From NCBI GenBank assembly GCA_963820435.1, contig CAWGAC010000008.1:234549-298548 (forward strand): a stretch of 64,000 bases of DNA, written 5' to 3'. Numbering within the stretch: the stretch's first letter is position 1; each line of letters starts with the position of its first letter. The notes under the pieces were generated by a model. It searched no databases, was not told where the DNA came from, and was given only the letters and a program-made list of their open reading frames with translations. The translations under genes were made by a program, and so were the position numbers. The stretch is from an uncultured Spirochaetota bacterium. Lineage in GTDB: Bacteria > Spirochaetota > Spirochaetia > SZUA-6 > Fen-1364. Positions 27,401 through 37,309 of the stretch are shown here, one piece after another.

Positions 27401-30076
27401 ATGCGGAGAACGCGCATAGTCCACTCCCTCCTCGTGCCCCCGGTCATCACCCTCGTCTGCGTCCTGCTCGGTCTTGCCGGGATCTTTTCCTACGCGGGCG
27501 GCTGGATGTACGACGCGCTCTTGCGGGTGAAGCCTTCCGCACCCGCGGCGCCCGCTGTCCTCTTGATCGACGTGGACCCGCAGGCAACGGCGGCCGCGGG
27601 GCCCTGGCCCTGGAGCCGGGACGTGCTGGCAGATGGCCTGGTCGTATTGAAGGAGATGAACGCTTCGTACGCCGTGCTCGACCTGCCTCTCGGCCGGAAG
27701 AGCGCGCCCGGTCTCGATCCCTCCGCGCTGCGGCAGGCGCTTCCGGCCGCCCTTGATCGGGAGTTCCTGCAAATGGAGGAGAACATCCAATCTCTTTTTG
27801 AGGCGATACGACGCGGCTCGGTCCGGCCGCAGGATTCGCCGCGCTACGTCTCCGACCTCATCGGATTGGTGGCCCTTGCGAAGATCCGCCTTCGGGAAAC
27901 GGCCACGGGAATCGAACGGGACGACGACACGCTTCTCGGCCAGGCGGCGAAGTTCTTCGGCCGGACCTACGTCCCCCTCGAGCTCCTGACCGCACCGGAC
28001 GAAGCGGCGGACAGGGATCTGGCCGAAGAGGCTTTGAAGGACCTCGCGCTTCCTATGCGCGTACAGGGCACGGACCCTTCATTGCGGATACCCGGCATCA
28101 GTCCCCCCGTGCTTCCGGTTCTCCGGGGAGCGCAGGGCGGAGGGTTCACGGACCTTCTCCCCGACTCTGACGGCGTGCGCCGACGCGCTGCTCTCACGGC
28201 GGAATACGGCGGTGCGCATTTCGGCCAGATCACCTTCGCCGCTTTGCTCGATCTCCTCGGCAATCCCGGCGTGGAGCTGGGAGCCAAAAGCGTCCTCCTG
28301 CGCATTGAGGCGCGCCCCGGACGTGCCGCGCGCACGCTCTCGATCCCGCTGACGGAGGCAGGGAAGGTGCTGCTCGAGTGGCCCCGTTCCACTGCGGGTG
28401 ACGGCTTCCGCCACATGTCGTGGGCCGAGCTCTTCCGCTCCGAACGGCTGGAGGAGGCGCTGATCGCCTCTCTCAGGGACATGGACGGCCACGGCTATCT
28501 CTCATACCTTCGCAGCGAAACCGGTCTGCTCGACGTGTACGAATACGGATCCCGGCTCAAGTCGGAGATGCTGGCCGCGGGAGACCCGGGGAATGCGGGG
28601 GTGTGGCGGAACGCGCGCGCCCGTTTTTTCAGCCTGGCCGACCAGTTTCTGAGCGGAGACGCGGAAGCGAGGATCATCGCGGATGCGGACAGGGCACTTC
28701 GATCGGAGTCGCTCACCGAAGGCGAAAGGAAGGCGATCCAGGGCGAACGCGACAGGGTCCCCGACGCCTTTGCGGCTGCACGGCGTGCATTCGCCGAGCT
28801 GCAGCAGACGCGCGCCGCCCTGGAGGGAGCGCTGCAAGGATCGTTCTGCATCATTTCGCTTTCGGATCCGGGGCAGGCCGCGAAGGCCGGGCGGACGCCT
28901 TTTGGTGTTGTTGCCACGGATGCCGGTGCTTCCGCGGCCCTCGTGAGCACGGCCCTTTCAGGACGCTTTCCGCGCGAGGTCCCCTTTCGCTACCCCCTCG
29001 GTCTGGCCGCATTGCTGTCCGTTCTCGCCGCCGTGGCCGTCAACCGGATGCGTCCGATGCTCACTGTTCTCTGCGGGCTCGGCCTGGGATGCGCCGTCAT
29101 CGTTGTTCCTTCGGCGGTCTTCCTGCTGTTCGGCGTTTTCATGAACCCCCTCCTCCCTGCCGCGGACGCCGTCCTCACGTGCGCGGCGTTTGCGGGCCTC
29201 AAGGTCTCCATGGCCCGCAGGGAGGCGCACGGTGTGCGGAATGCGTTCTCGGGCAGGTTGTCCCGGGAGAGCATGCAAAGGCTTCTGGCGTCTCCCCGGG
29301 ATCGCGCATCCGCGGGGGAGCGGAGAAACGTCACGGTCATGTCCGCTGCGGTGAAGAGGCTGTCCGCTGATGCGCTCCCGAACCCGGGGGATCACCTGGG
29401 TCCGCTCAATGCCTATCACTCGGGCATGCACGAAGTGATTCTCAGCCTGGAGGGGATGCTCGGCAGGGTGGGGGGAGACGCTTTCACCGCGTGCTTCGGC
29501 GCGCCGCTCGCCTCCGCCGATCACGCGCGCCGGGCATGCCTGGCCGCGCTCCGGATGAAGGCGGTTGAAAAGGAATTGAATATCGCCGTCTCCCCGCCGT
29601 TCGTCACGCGGATCGGCATCGAAACCGGAGAGTGCATCGTCGGCGCGCTCGGCTCCCAGGGCATGCCCGGCTACGCCGTTGTGGGGCCCGCAAACGACCT
29701 CGCGTCCCGGCTGGAAGCGCTGAACTCGCGATTCGGCACCACCATTCTCATTTCGGAAGCCGTGCGGGACGCGGCGGGAGCGGACTTCCTCGTGCGGAGC
29801 CTCGACCGGGTGCGCTTTGCCGGCACGGATGCGAGGTTCCGCGCCTTCGAGCTGGTGGCGGAAAAGGGCGGGGCGGACGGAACGACGCTCCAGGCCATTG
29901 AGAGCTTCAACGAAGCTCTTGCGCTCTTCGAGCGCAAGGAATGGCGGGAGGCAGAAACCCTGTTCTCCCGGGTCCTTGCCCTGCTGCCGGCGGATGCGCC
30001 CGCGGCCGTCTACATCGAACGCTGCCGCGAGCACTCGTCCAACCCTGCCCGGCCCTCTACTTCCGACCCGGACTGA
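27401..30076 (+). CDS. CHASE2 domain + class III adenylate/guanylate cyclase-like protein (degenerate active site)
   Basis: GPWPWSR, DSDGVRRR, 3 TMs, GDAFTACFGAP, RIGIETGECIVG, LASRLEALN, ILISE, C-terminal TPR-like helices. Confidence 0.9.
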   Translation: MRRTRIVHSLLVPPVITLVCVLLGLAGIFSYAGGWMYDALLRVKPSAPAAPAVLLIDVDPQATAAAGPWPWSRDVLADGLVVLKEMNASYAVLDLPLGRKSAPGLDPSALRQALPAALDREFLQMEENIQSLFEAIRRGSVRPQDSPRYVSDLIGLVALAKIRLRETATGIERDDDTLLGQAAKFFGRTYVPLELLTAPDEAADRDLAEEALKDLALPMRVQGTDPSLRIPGISPPVLPVLRGAQGGGFTDLLPDSDGVRRRAALTAEYGGAHFGQITFAALLDLLGNPGVELGAKSVLLRIEARPGRAARTLSIPLTEAGKVLLEWPRSTAGDGFRHMSWAELFRSERLEEALIASLRDMDGHGYLSYLRSETGLLDVYEYGSRLKSEMLAAGDPGNAGVWRNARARFFSLADQFLSGDAEARIIADADRALRSESLTEGERKAIQGERDRVPDAFAAARRAFAELQQTRAALEGALQGSFCIISLSDPGQAAKAGRTPFGVVATDAGASAALVSTALSGRFPREVPFRYPLGLAALLSVLAAVAVNRMRPMLTVLCGLGLGCAVIVVPSAVFLLFGVFMNPLLPAADAVLTCAAFAGLKVSMARREAHGVRNAFSGRLSRESMQRLLASPRDRASAGERRNVTVMSAAVKRLSADALPNPGDHLGPLNAYHSGMHEVILSLEGMLGRVGGDAFTACFGAPLASADHARRACLAALRMKAVEKELNIAVSPPFVTRIGIETGECIVGALGSQGMPGYAVVGPANDLASRLEALNSRFGTTILISEAVRDAAGADFLVRSLDRVRFAGTDARFRAFELVAEKGGADGTTLQAIESFNEALALFERKEWREAETLFSRVLALLPADAPAAVYIERCREHSSNPARPSTSDPD

Positions 30077-31217
30077 GCTGGCGCGATATCAGCTTTTCCA
30101 TCACTTTGAGCCTGACTACGGCGCCCCCCCCGAACTGGGGGTACGCGCGGTAGCGTTGGCCGTCATCCCAGAACTCAACGCCCGTCTCCCCGGCAAACGG
30201 GGCGGACCGCCTCTGGTGCCACACGAGCGTCGGATCCTTCAGGCTCGTCTCGGGCCTGTGCGGATCGAAGGTGATGAATGACTCGTGCACGCCCCTGTCG
30301 TTCTGCTCCGCCACGTCCGTGGATTGCAGGTAGCGGATCGTGCCGGCGGTCATGTCGACGGACTGAATGACCGCGGAGTGACTCGTGATCCCGTCCTCGC
30401 CCCTGAACATGATCACGTCGCACGGCCTGAGGTTGCGCACCTCGTCCTTGACCACCTCGAGATTCCGGTTGCGGGGGTCGAAAAACCAGGTGCCGACGTA
30501 CAGGGACGCAATGGCGGGCTTGGATGCGCCAAGGTAGCGGCTGAGCGCGCGGTCGAGGTCGAGGCCTCCGGTCCGCGCAACCGTCTTCAGCACGTACCAC
30601 ACGAAACCGGAACAGTCCATGCCCAGCCGGCCCACCCCGTAGAGGTAATTGTAGATGTCAGGGGGCGTGATTCCCTTTCCTCTGGACAGGACATAGGGCT
30701 GATGGGGGAGCCCTTGATACGCGCCTGCCTTCATCTGGGACAGGTCGAACCAGTCCCTGCTCGTGGACCAGCTGCGCGCCGTGAGATCGAATATGACGAT
30801 CTTCTCGTGCTCGTCGGTCAGCGCGGCCACGTAGGCGGCGAAGTCCGGGGAGGCGATGAGCTCATCGATCTGGTCCCAGAGCGCAAGAGGATCTGCTTTG
30901 CCGCCTCCCCGCACGGCCAGCTCGCTTCCGACCAGCTCCGAGCGCTCATTGTTCTCGGCAAAGGGGAGGTGGAGCGTCATTACCTTCCCGGCAATGATGT
31001 AGGTGCGAAAGCATTTTCTATACGCGTCCTCCATGATTGCCTCGATGCCGCTGCCCCAGTCCGCGGAGGCCTGGGAAAACGCGGCAAGAAAATCGACATC
31101 CGAGCCGGCGGGAGCGGCGAGCCGAGGGTCGGGGCGCGTCTCCGCCGTGGAAAAAGAGGCCTGAAAAAGACCGAGTATGAGGGCGGCAATCCTGAGACCG
31201 CAGGAAACACGATCCAT
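30057..31217 (-). CDS. Exported NlpC/P60-like cysteine peptidase (peptidoglycan endopeptidase-like)
   Basis: Signal peptide; GMDCSGFVWYV, LRPCDVIMF, HSAVI. Confidence 0.75.
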   Translation of the reverse strand: MDRVSCGLRIAALILGLFQASFSTAETRPDPRLAAPAGSDVDFLAAFSQASADWGSGIEAIMEDAYRKCFRTYIIAGKVMTLHLPFAENNERSELVGSELAVRGGGKADPLALWDQIDELIASPDFAAYVAALTDEHEKIVIFDLTARSWSTSRDWFDLSQMKAGAYQGLPHQPYVLSRGKGITPPDIYNYLYGVGRLGMDCSGFVWYVLKTVARTGGLDLDRALSRYLGASKPAIASLYVGTWFFDPRNRNLEVVKDEVRNLRPCDVIMFRGEDGITSHSAVIQSVDMTAGTIRYLQSTDVAEQNDRGVHESFITFDPHRPETSLKDPTLVWHQRRSAPFAGETGVEFWDDGQRYRAYPQFGGGAVVRLKVMEKLISRQLSPGRK

Positions 31218-31277
31218 CCCGGATAATATATCACTGGGAGACCTGACGGCCCAAGACGTGATGGAACCCGGAAGGAC

Positions 31278-31304
31278 AAAAAAAGGGGGGCCGACCTGCC
31301 CCCC
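31278..31304 (-). terminator. Intrinsic terminator of the RRM gene
   Basis: GGGGGGC-AGGTCG-GCCCCCC followed by T7 on the minus strand. Confidence 0.8.
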
Positions 31305-31329
31305 ATGGATTTTTCTGTTTCGGTATTTT

Positions 31330-31629
31330 CTAGTAGCGGTCGCGGTACCCGCCGCCGCCTCCGCTCCTGGCGGGACGATCTTCGCGGGGCTTGGAGATGT
31401 TCACCGTGAGGCTCCTGCCTTCATGCTGCGTGCCGTTGAGTGCCGCAATGGCCTTCTCGGCCTCTTCCTGGGTGCTCATCTCGACGAACCCAAAACCACG
31501 TGAGCGGCTGGTTTCCCTGTCCGTGACCACCTTTGCCGATTCCACGGTCCCGTGACCGGCAAAAAGCTGCTGAAGCTGCTCATCTGTCACCGAATAGGAC
31601 AGCCCGCCGACGTACAATTTCTTGTTCAA
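31330..31629 (-). CDS. RRM-type RNA-binding protein with Gly-rich tail
   Basis: RNP2 KLYVGGL, RNP1 RGFGFVEM; TTG start with AAGGAGG. Confidence 0.96.
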   Translation of the reverse strand: MNKKLYVGGLSYSVTDEQLQQLFAGHGTVESAKVVTDRETSRSRGFGFVEMSTQEEAEKAIAALNGTQHEGRSLTVNISKPREDRPARSGGGGGYRDRY

Positions 31630-31826
31630 GTTCTCCTCCTTGGAGTGTTTTTCATCATCGCCCTTTGATTCATACCGGTTAAGGAGCAGAACATGGCAGG
31701 ATCTTTTATGGATACCGCTGTCCGGTCGGATGTTCCTTCGGGGTAGAATAGGAAAGGTCCGAATGATTCGGCTTCTTTTTCTTCGTATCGGACTTCACGA
31801 AGCCATCTTTTTGAAGTCCGGGCAGA

Positions 31827-31855
31827 AGCTTATACATTATTCCAATGACTGTCAA
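31827..31855 (-). promoter_or_regulatory. Promoter of the RRM gene (about 190-nt leader)
   Basis: TTGACA-17 nt-TAAGCT. Confidence 0.6.
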
Positions 31856-31899
31856 GGAGGAAATGCATGAGACAGGTCGGGGCGTCCATCGAGGGAGAA

Positions 31900-32021
31900 T
31901 ACAAACGCTGCAAGAGTTTGCGCGCCGGGGAGTGACACGGGCGGAGCTCGTGCGGAAATGGGAAGAGGGATGGCAGACCCTTTCAGGCGCGCTGCAGACG
32001 CTCAATGACGAGGACCTGGGC
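31900..32021 (+). pseudogene. DUF1572/DinB-like internal fragment
   Basis: EFARRGVTRAELVRKWEEGWQTLSGALQTLNDEDLG resembles the DUF1572 core; no intact N- or C-terminus. Confidence 0.55.
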
Positions 32022-32144
32022 AATCCAGGGAGTACAACAAGGATCCCGCGCACGAAAACCGCCGCCATCTTTTGCAGCGCAGAAGTAGGAGCCCCGAGCG
32101 CTTTGCGCCGGTGTCGCTCTGCGGTATACTATTCCCGAAACTCC

Positions 32145-32954
32145 ATGAAGGCACTCGATTTCAACGGGAAGCTTGTTGTCGTGACCGGTGCCTCCAGCGG
32201 ACTTGGGCGGGAGATTGCACGCACTCTCGCGCTGAAAGAACAGGCGCACGTGGTGGTGGCGGCGCGCAGACGCGACCGCCTGGAAGAGCTGAAGGCCGAA
32301 ACCGAGGCGCAGTGCGCATCCCGCGTGCACGTGGTTTCCGTTGACCTGGCCTCGCCGGGCGGGGCGCAGACCCTCTTTCGGGAAGCCACCGCCATCGGCG
32401 AGGTGTACGCCCTGGTGAATTGCGCCGGACTCACGTATTACGGCAGGACGCTCGACATGCCGGCGGAGAAATACGATCAGATCATCGCGGTGAACTTCCT
32501 CTCGGAAATGCGGGCAAGCATGCTCTTTCTGAAGTATTTCCTCGATCGGGGAAGGGGCGCGCTTCTCACGGTCACCAGCGTGACCGCCTTTGTGCCGGCG
32601 CCCTATCAGAACGTCTATGCGGCGACCAAGCATGGCATGCAGGCTTTCATGGAAGGGCTCGCGGTCGAGTACCGGGGCAAGGGAGTGGCCATCTGCACTT
32701 TCGTGCCCGGAGGCATGGCCACGGAGATGATCACCAATTCCGGGCTTGACAGGAAGATCGGCACGGCAGACCGCGTCTACATGGATCCGGCCCGGGCCGC
32801 GCGCAAGGCGCTGGCATCGTTCAAGAAGGTAAAGCGAAGGTCCATTCCCGGGCTCATGTACAAAACCGTTGTCTTTCTTCTCCGGCTTCTACCCCGGGCA
32901 ACCGTGGCCTGGGTCGTGGAAAAGATCTACTCGCCGGGAAGCCGGGCCGGGTAA
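32145..32954 (+). CDS. Short-chain dehydrogenase/reductase
   Basis: VVVTGASSGLG, LVNCAG, YAATK; start ATG 32145. Confidence 0.93.
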   Translation: MKALDFNGKLVVVTGASSGLGREIARTLALKEQAHVVVAARRRDRLEELKAETEAQCASRVHVVSVDLASPGGAQTLFREATAIGEVYALVNCAGLTYYGRTLDMPAEKYDQIIAVNFLSEMRASMLFLKYFLDRGRGALLTVTSVTAFVPAPYQNVYAATKHGMQAFMEGLAVEYRGKGVAICTFVPGGMATEMITNSGLDRKIGTADRVYMDPARAARKALASFKKVKRRSIPGLMYKTVVFLLRLLPRATVAWVVEKIYSPGSRAG

Positions 32955-32963
32955 TTCGCAGTC

Positions 32964-33506
32964 CTAGAACGAGCCCCAGGCAACCCGCATGCCCAGAACG
33001 GGCGTATACATGACGTTGCTGAAGAGCGGCCTGCCGCCGGAAACTCTCGTGATCGCCTGCATGCCTGCGTAGCCCGTCACCTCCATCCAGCTGATGAACC
33101 CCAGCCCCAGCTCGAGATCGAGCTCCCCGAACAGCGCGAACGAACTCCCGGAGGGCAGCGCAGGGTCGGCGCTCAAGCCGCCAAGACCCGTCCATAGATT
33201 TATTGCCATGAGAAACGGCCCCGCGTGCATTTCCTGGCCTGTGATAAGGCCCGCAAATCCGCCATCGAGCGCCCCGTTGGGTGCCAAGGAGTGGACGGCC
33301 ATCGCGAAGCCGCCTATTCGCTGGCCGTGATGCGTCACGCCGTAGCCGTACGCACCCGACCAGGTGCCCTGAAAGTCGTAGTTGGAAAGTCGAGAGTCGA
33401 AGAATTGCTGGCCCCACGTGAGCCCGCCCGCGCCGCCGGCACAGGCCATCGACAAGGGCAGAATCGCGAGGGCCGCGGCGAGGATTATGATCTTTCCGCT
33501 GTTCAT
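32964..33506 (-). CDS. Hypothetical exported protein, possible small outer-membrane beta-barrel
   Basis: Signal peptide, Gly/aromatic alternating strands, C-terminal VAWGSF. Confidence 0.6.
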   Translation of the reverse strand: MNSGKIIILAAALAILPLSMACAGGAGGLTWGQQFFDSRLSNYDFQGTWSGAYGYGVTHHGQRIGGFAMAVHSLAPNGALDGGFAGLITGQEMHAGPFLMAINLWTGLGGLSADPALPSGSSFALFGELDLELGLGFISWMEVTGYAGMQAITRVSGGRPLFSNVMYTPVLGMRVAWGSF

Positions 33507-33558
33507 GATTGTTTCAACACCGGCGGGCTGCGCCGGCGTCACTCCGTGACATTCGCAC

Positions 33559-34386
33559 TCAATGCGTGTTGATGTGCGTCCGCGCGTAGAGTGTCCTGAA
33601 CTCCCGCGGCGTCAGGCCGGTGAGGCGTTTGAACATGCGGCGGAAGTACCCGGCGTCGGTATAGCCGCATTCGAAAGCGATCTCGTTGATGTTCTTGCCG
33701 GGTTCGGTGTGCAGGGATGCGCGCGCGAGCCCGATGCGCTTCTGGTGAACGGCGTCGATGATCGACATGTTCCAGTGACCGTGAAACACGCGCTCGAGAT
33801 AGTCGGGGTTGTAGTGAAGATCCCGCGCGATCGTTGAGGTGGTGATCGGCTTCTCGTAGTTCGCCTCGATGTGCCGATGAATAGTTTCCGCCAGGGATTC
33901 CTGCTCCCTGCGGATGCCCCGAGAGCGGGAGTGCCGGGCCTGTTCCTCCTCTTCGCAGATCATGCACATCATGAGCGCGACAAGATGGGCCGCGCTGAGC
34001 GGATCGAGGATGCCCGATTCCTGGTCAGAGATGAAGCGGCAGAACAGCTCCGTCAGCCCCTCGGGATCGTTCACCGTCGCCACCTTCGGGACACGGAGCG
34101 AGGCGCCGGGAGACCCGGGGTTGGCCAGCCGGAAGTGCACCCAGTAGAAGTTCACGTCCGGCGCATACGGCAGGAGACCCCCGTGCCGGATTCCGGGGAA
34201 GAGCAGGAGCGTCTGGTTGCGCGCGAGGTGGAAAGAGCGCTCCCCTTCGAACATGTCCAGCCGGCCCTGCGTGACGAAGATCAGCTCGTACGAATCGATC
34301 ACGCGCACCGCGTGCGAGCCGAATCCCGGTGAAACGAACTGGCCGCCGTTCAGAGATTCAATGGTGTCGGAGACGGGGATGGTCAT
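33559..34386 (-). CDS. AraC family transcriptional regulator
   Basis: Cupin N-domain (YELIFV, FYWVHF); HTH YNPDYLER, IAFECGYTDAGYFRRMFKRLTGLTP. Confidence 0.95.
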   Translation of the reverse strand: MTIPVSDTIESLNGGQFVSPGFGSHAVRVIDSYELIFVTQGRLDMFEGERSFHLARNQTLLLFPGIRHGGLLPYAPDVNFYWVHFRLANPGSPGASLRVPKVATVNDPEGLTELFCRFISDQESGILDPLSAAHLVALMMCMICEEEEQARHSRSRGIRREQESLAETIHRHIEANYEKPITTSTIARDLHYNPDYLERVFHGHWNMSIIDAVHQKRIGLARASLHTEPGKNINEIAFECGYTDAGYFRRMFKRLTGLTPREFRTLYARTHINTH

Positions 34387-35343
34387 GGGTGCAGCGCTTT
34401 CTCGGCCGCGCGCGGGGCGCCGTCCGGGAGAAGGCCGTGTTCACGGCCCGATAGCCGTGCGGCGTCATGTGGGTGGCGCGCTTGAAGAGGCGGCGAAAGT
34501 AGCCGGCGTCGTTGTACCCGCATAATGCGGCAATCTGGGCCACGCCTTGCTTGCGCAGGAGAAGAAGCTGCGCCCGGGCCTCCTTGATCCTGCGCGCGTG
34601 GATTGCCTCCCGGATGGACATCCGGCGCTCCTGGCGATAGGCGCGCTCGAGATAGTCAGGGTTGTAGCGCAGCTCCGCGGCGATGTCGGGAGTCGAGATT
34701 GTCTCGTGGTAGTGCGCGGCAATGAAAGCGTCCACCCGCGAGGCGATGTTCGCGAGGCCGGGCTCCCGGGCCTGGACCGGCATCCCTTCCTGGGAGGAGC
34801 GCGCCAGCTCGCACAGGGCGAGAACGAGGAGGTGGTGAAGCATGAGCCGCGCCGACGTACCCGGCGGATTTGGCGTCGACGTACCGGCGGATTTGGCGCC
34901 GACGTATCCGGCGGATTTGGCGCCGACGTACTCGGATTGGGCGCCGACGTCTCCGCCTTCGCTTTCTCGATGTACATGCGAAGGAGGTGCGTCAGCCTTC
35001 CGGGCCGGAGCACGCTGACGTGCGCGGGCACGTTGAGAACCCGGCCCGCGGCCGCAGCGGCCTTCTGCGCCCAACGAAAGCGCAGCAGGTAGAAATCCGC
35101 CTCGCCCCTGTTGGTGAGCGTGATTGTGCCGGCACCGCGCGGCGCAAGCAGAAGCGCCGCGTTTGCATGAAGCTCCAGCTCCGCGTGGCCGTCCTTGACC
35201 AGAAGCCCCCCATGGACGCTGAAAATGAGGCATGCGGATCTGCCGGGGCGTACCACCCTGCTCCCGGGATGTTCGGCCACGACGTGACTGGCTTCGACTG
35301 GTTCGAATGGCCGTATGAAATCGAGTCTGAGACCGTCCCGCAT
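34358..35343 (-). CDS. AraC family regulator with internal tandem REP-like array (1-nt frameshift in the array)
   Basis: N-domain in ORF 34465..35421, HTH in ORF 34358..35368 (YNPDYLER...CGYNDAGYFRRLFK); the frames switch inside the repeat. Confidence 0.88.
34849..34950 (-). repeat. Tandem array of REP-like units (24, 23, 24, 21 nt + partial)
   Basis: Minus-strand unit CAAATCCGCCGG(G/A)TACGTCGGCGC; near-identical to the copy at 57429-57453. Confidence 0.92.
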
Positions 35344-35372
35344 GGATTGCGTGTCTCCCGTCCCGCACAGAA

Positions 35373-37309
35373 TCATTCGCCCACCCATAGGATCATTTCT
35401 CCCGCCGCTCGGTTGGCCCATGCATAGTAGGGGATGAAGAGAAGCCGTCTTTGCTCGATGCTGTCCTCGAGGACCTTGCTCTCATAAAGCGCCCCTGCCT
35501 GCCGGGATGCGCGCCGGGCCTTCCCCTGTCCAGAGATTGCAACCACCCCGCCGAGAAGATCGGGCCGATTCATCGTCTCCAGCTTCGCGTCCGCGGGGAG
35601 GCTCACCGTGTAGAGGTCGGGGCCGTTGTCCACCTCTTCGAGACAGTAGACGAGGGGACCCCGCTGGATCGCCACCTTCCCATAGTCGGCCCGGACCCGG
35701 GGGTCTGCATGAATCCTTTCGACGTTCATCTGAAGGGTGAGCTCCAGCCTGTCCCCCTTCTTCCAGGCCCTGCGTATGCGCGCATAGCCGTCTTGAGGCG
35801 CGGCGGGCTCGGCGGATTCTCCGTTGAGCCTGACCGTTGCCTGCCTGCACCAGGACGGGATGCGAAGCGCCAGGGTGAGCTCACCCGCGTCCGTCTCGAG
35901 CTCGAACTCGATGCTCTTCGTCCACGGATAACGGGTACGCTGCCGGAGGGTTACTTCCCTTTCGCCCTCCCCAAAGGTGCACACTCCCTCATGGTAAAGA
36001 TCGACATAAAGGGTATCTCCGTTCAAGTGGTACAGGTACTCGCCCAGGGACGCCAGTGTCCGCGCGATGTTCGGCGGGCAGCATGCGCACCCGTACCATG
36101 GCTGGCGCCGGTATTTCACCCTGCGGTAGGTGCCATTGGCGTCACAGACGTCAGGCACTACCTCCAGCGGGTTCACGTAGAAATAGCTCTCGCCGTCGAG
36201 CGCGAGCCCGCTGATGATGCCGTTGTACAGTGCGCGCTCCATGACATCGGCGTACCGCCCGTGATTGTGTATCCGGGCCATGCGGGATGCGAAAAAGAAG
36301 AGCCCTATGGCGGCGCAGGTTTCCGCGTAGGCCGTGTCATTGGGCAGGTCGAAGTCGGTGCTGAAGGATTCAAGATGCGCGGAGGATCCCACACCCCCCG
36401 TCATGTACATGCGGCGCCCCGTGGTGCTTTCCCAGAGCCGGTCGCATGCGGCGAGCAGCGTCCCGTCTCCCTCCTCCAGAACAAGGTCGGCCATGGCCGT
36501 GTAGAGGTACATTGCGCGTACGGCGTGCCCTACCGCGTCGGTCTGTTCCCGCACCGGCACGTGTGCCTGGTGGTAGTCGAGCGGTTTGAGCCCATAGATC
36601 GTCGCAAAGTCAGGCGCCGCGGCCTCCTTGTCGAAGAAGTTGGGGGCCCGGCCGCGCTCGTCGATGAAATACCGCGCCCGTTCGAGGTACCGCCGCTCCC
36701 CGGTGAGCCGATAAAGCTTCACGAGGGCCAGCTCCACCTCTTCGTGGCCCGGGTATCCCCTGATCTTCCCCTTCTCCACTCCGAATCGTCCGTCGATGAG
36801 GTCCGCCAGGCGGCGCACGATTTCGAGTATCTTCTGGTTGCCTGTTCCGCGATGCATGGCGACTCCGGCTTCGATCAGGTGGCCGGAGCAGTAGAGCTCG
36901 TGCGCTTCCCTCAGGTTCTTCCACCTGCGGCCCGGCTCTTTCACCGTGAAGTAGGTATTCACATAGCCGTCCGGCTGCTGTGCGCGCGCGATCAGATCAA
37001 TGGCTTCTTCCGCCCACGCCCGCAGTGCCTCATCGCCCGCCAGTCCCTGCCCGAGCACGTAGCCTGCCGCCTCCAGCCACTTTGAAAGGTCACTGTCCTG
37101 AAAGACCATTCCGTCGTAGGTGCCGTGAGCGAGCCCCGCAGCAATCCTGAAGTTTTCCACCGAATGGCTTTTCGGGCGCCGGGGATTTCATCGTTCATGG
37201 CTTTCCACTGGTAAGGAATCACCTTTTCGCGCACAAGCGACTGGTAATCGCGCCAGAAGCCCCCATCGATCTTTGCCTCTATCTTTGCCCGCGTTTTCTG
37301 CCCGGTCAT
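35373..37309 (-). CDS. GH127 beta-L-arabinofuranosidase-like glycoside hydrolase (frameshift near 37170)
   Basis: FQDSDLSKWLEA, HELYCSGH, GHEEVELAL, GHAVRAMY, YAETCA, CACCPPN; N-terminus (GFWRDYQ...IPYQW) in an adjacent frame. Confidence 0.92.

Noticed and set aside
34849-34950. Possible CRISPR array
   Set aside because: Units are head-to-tail with no unique spacers, lie inside a CDS, and no cas genes are present.
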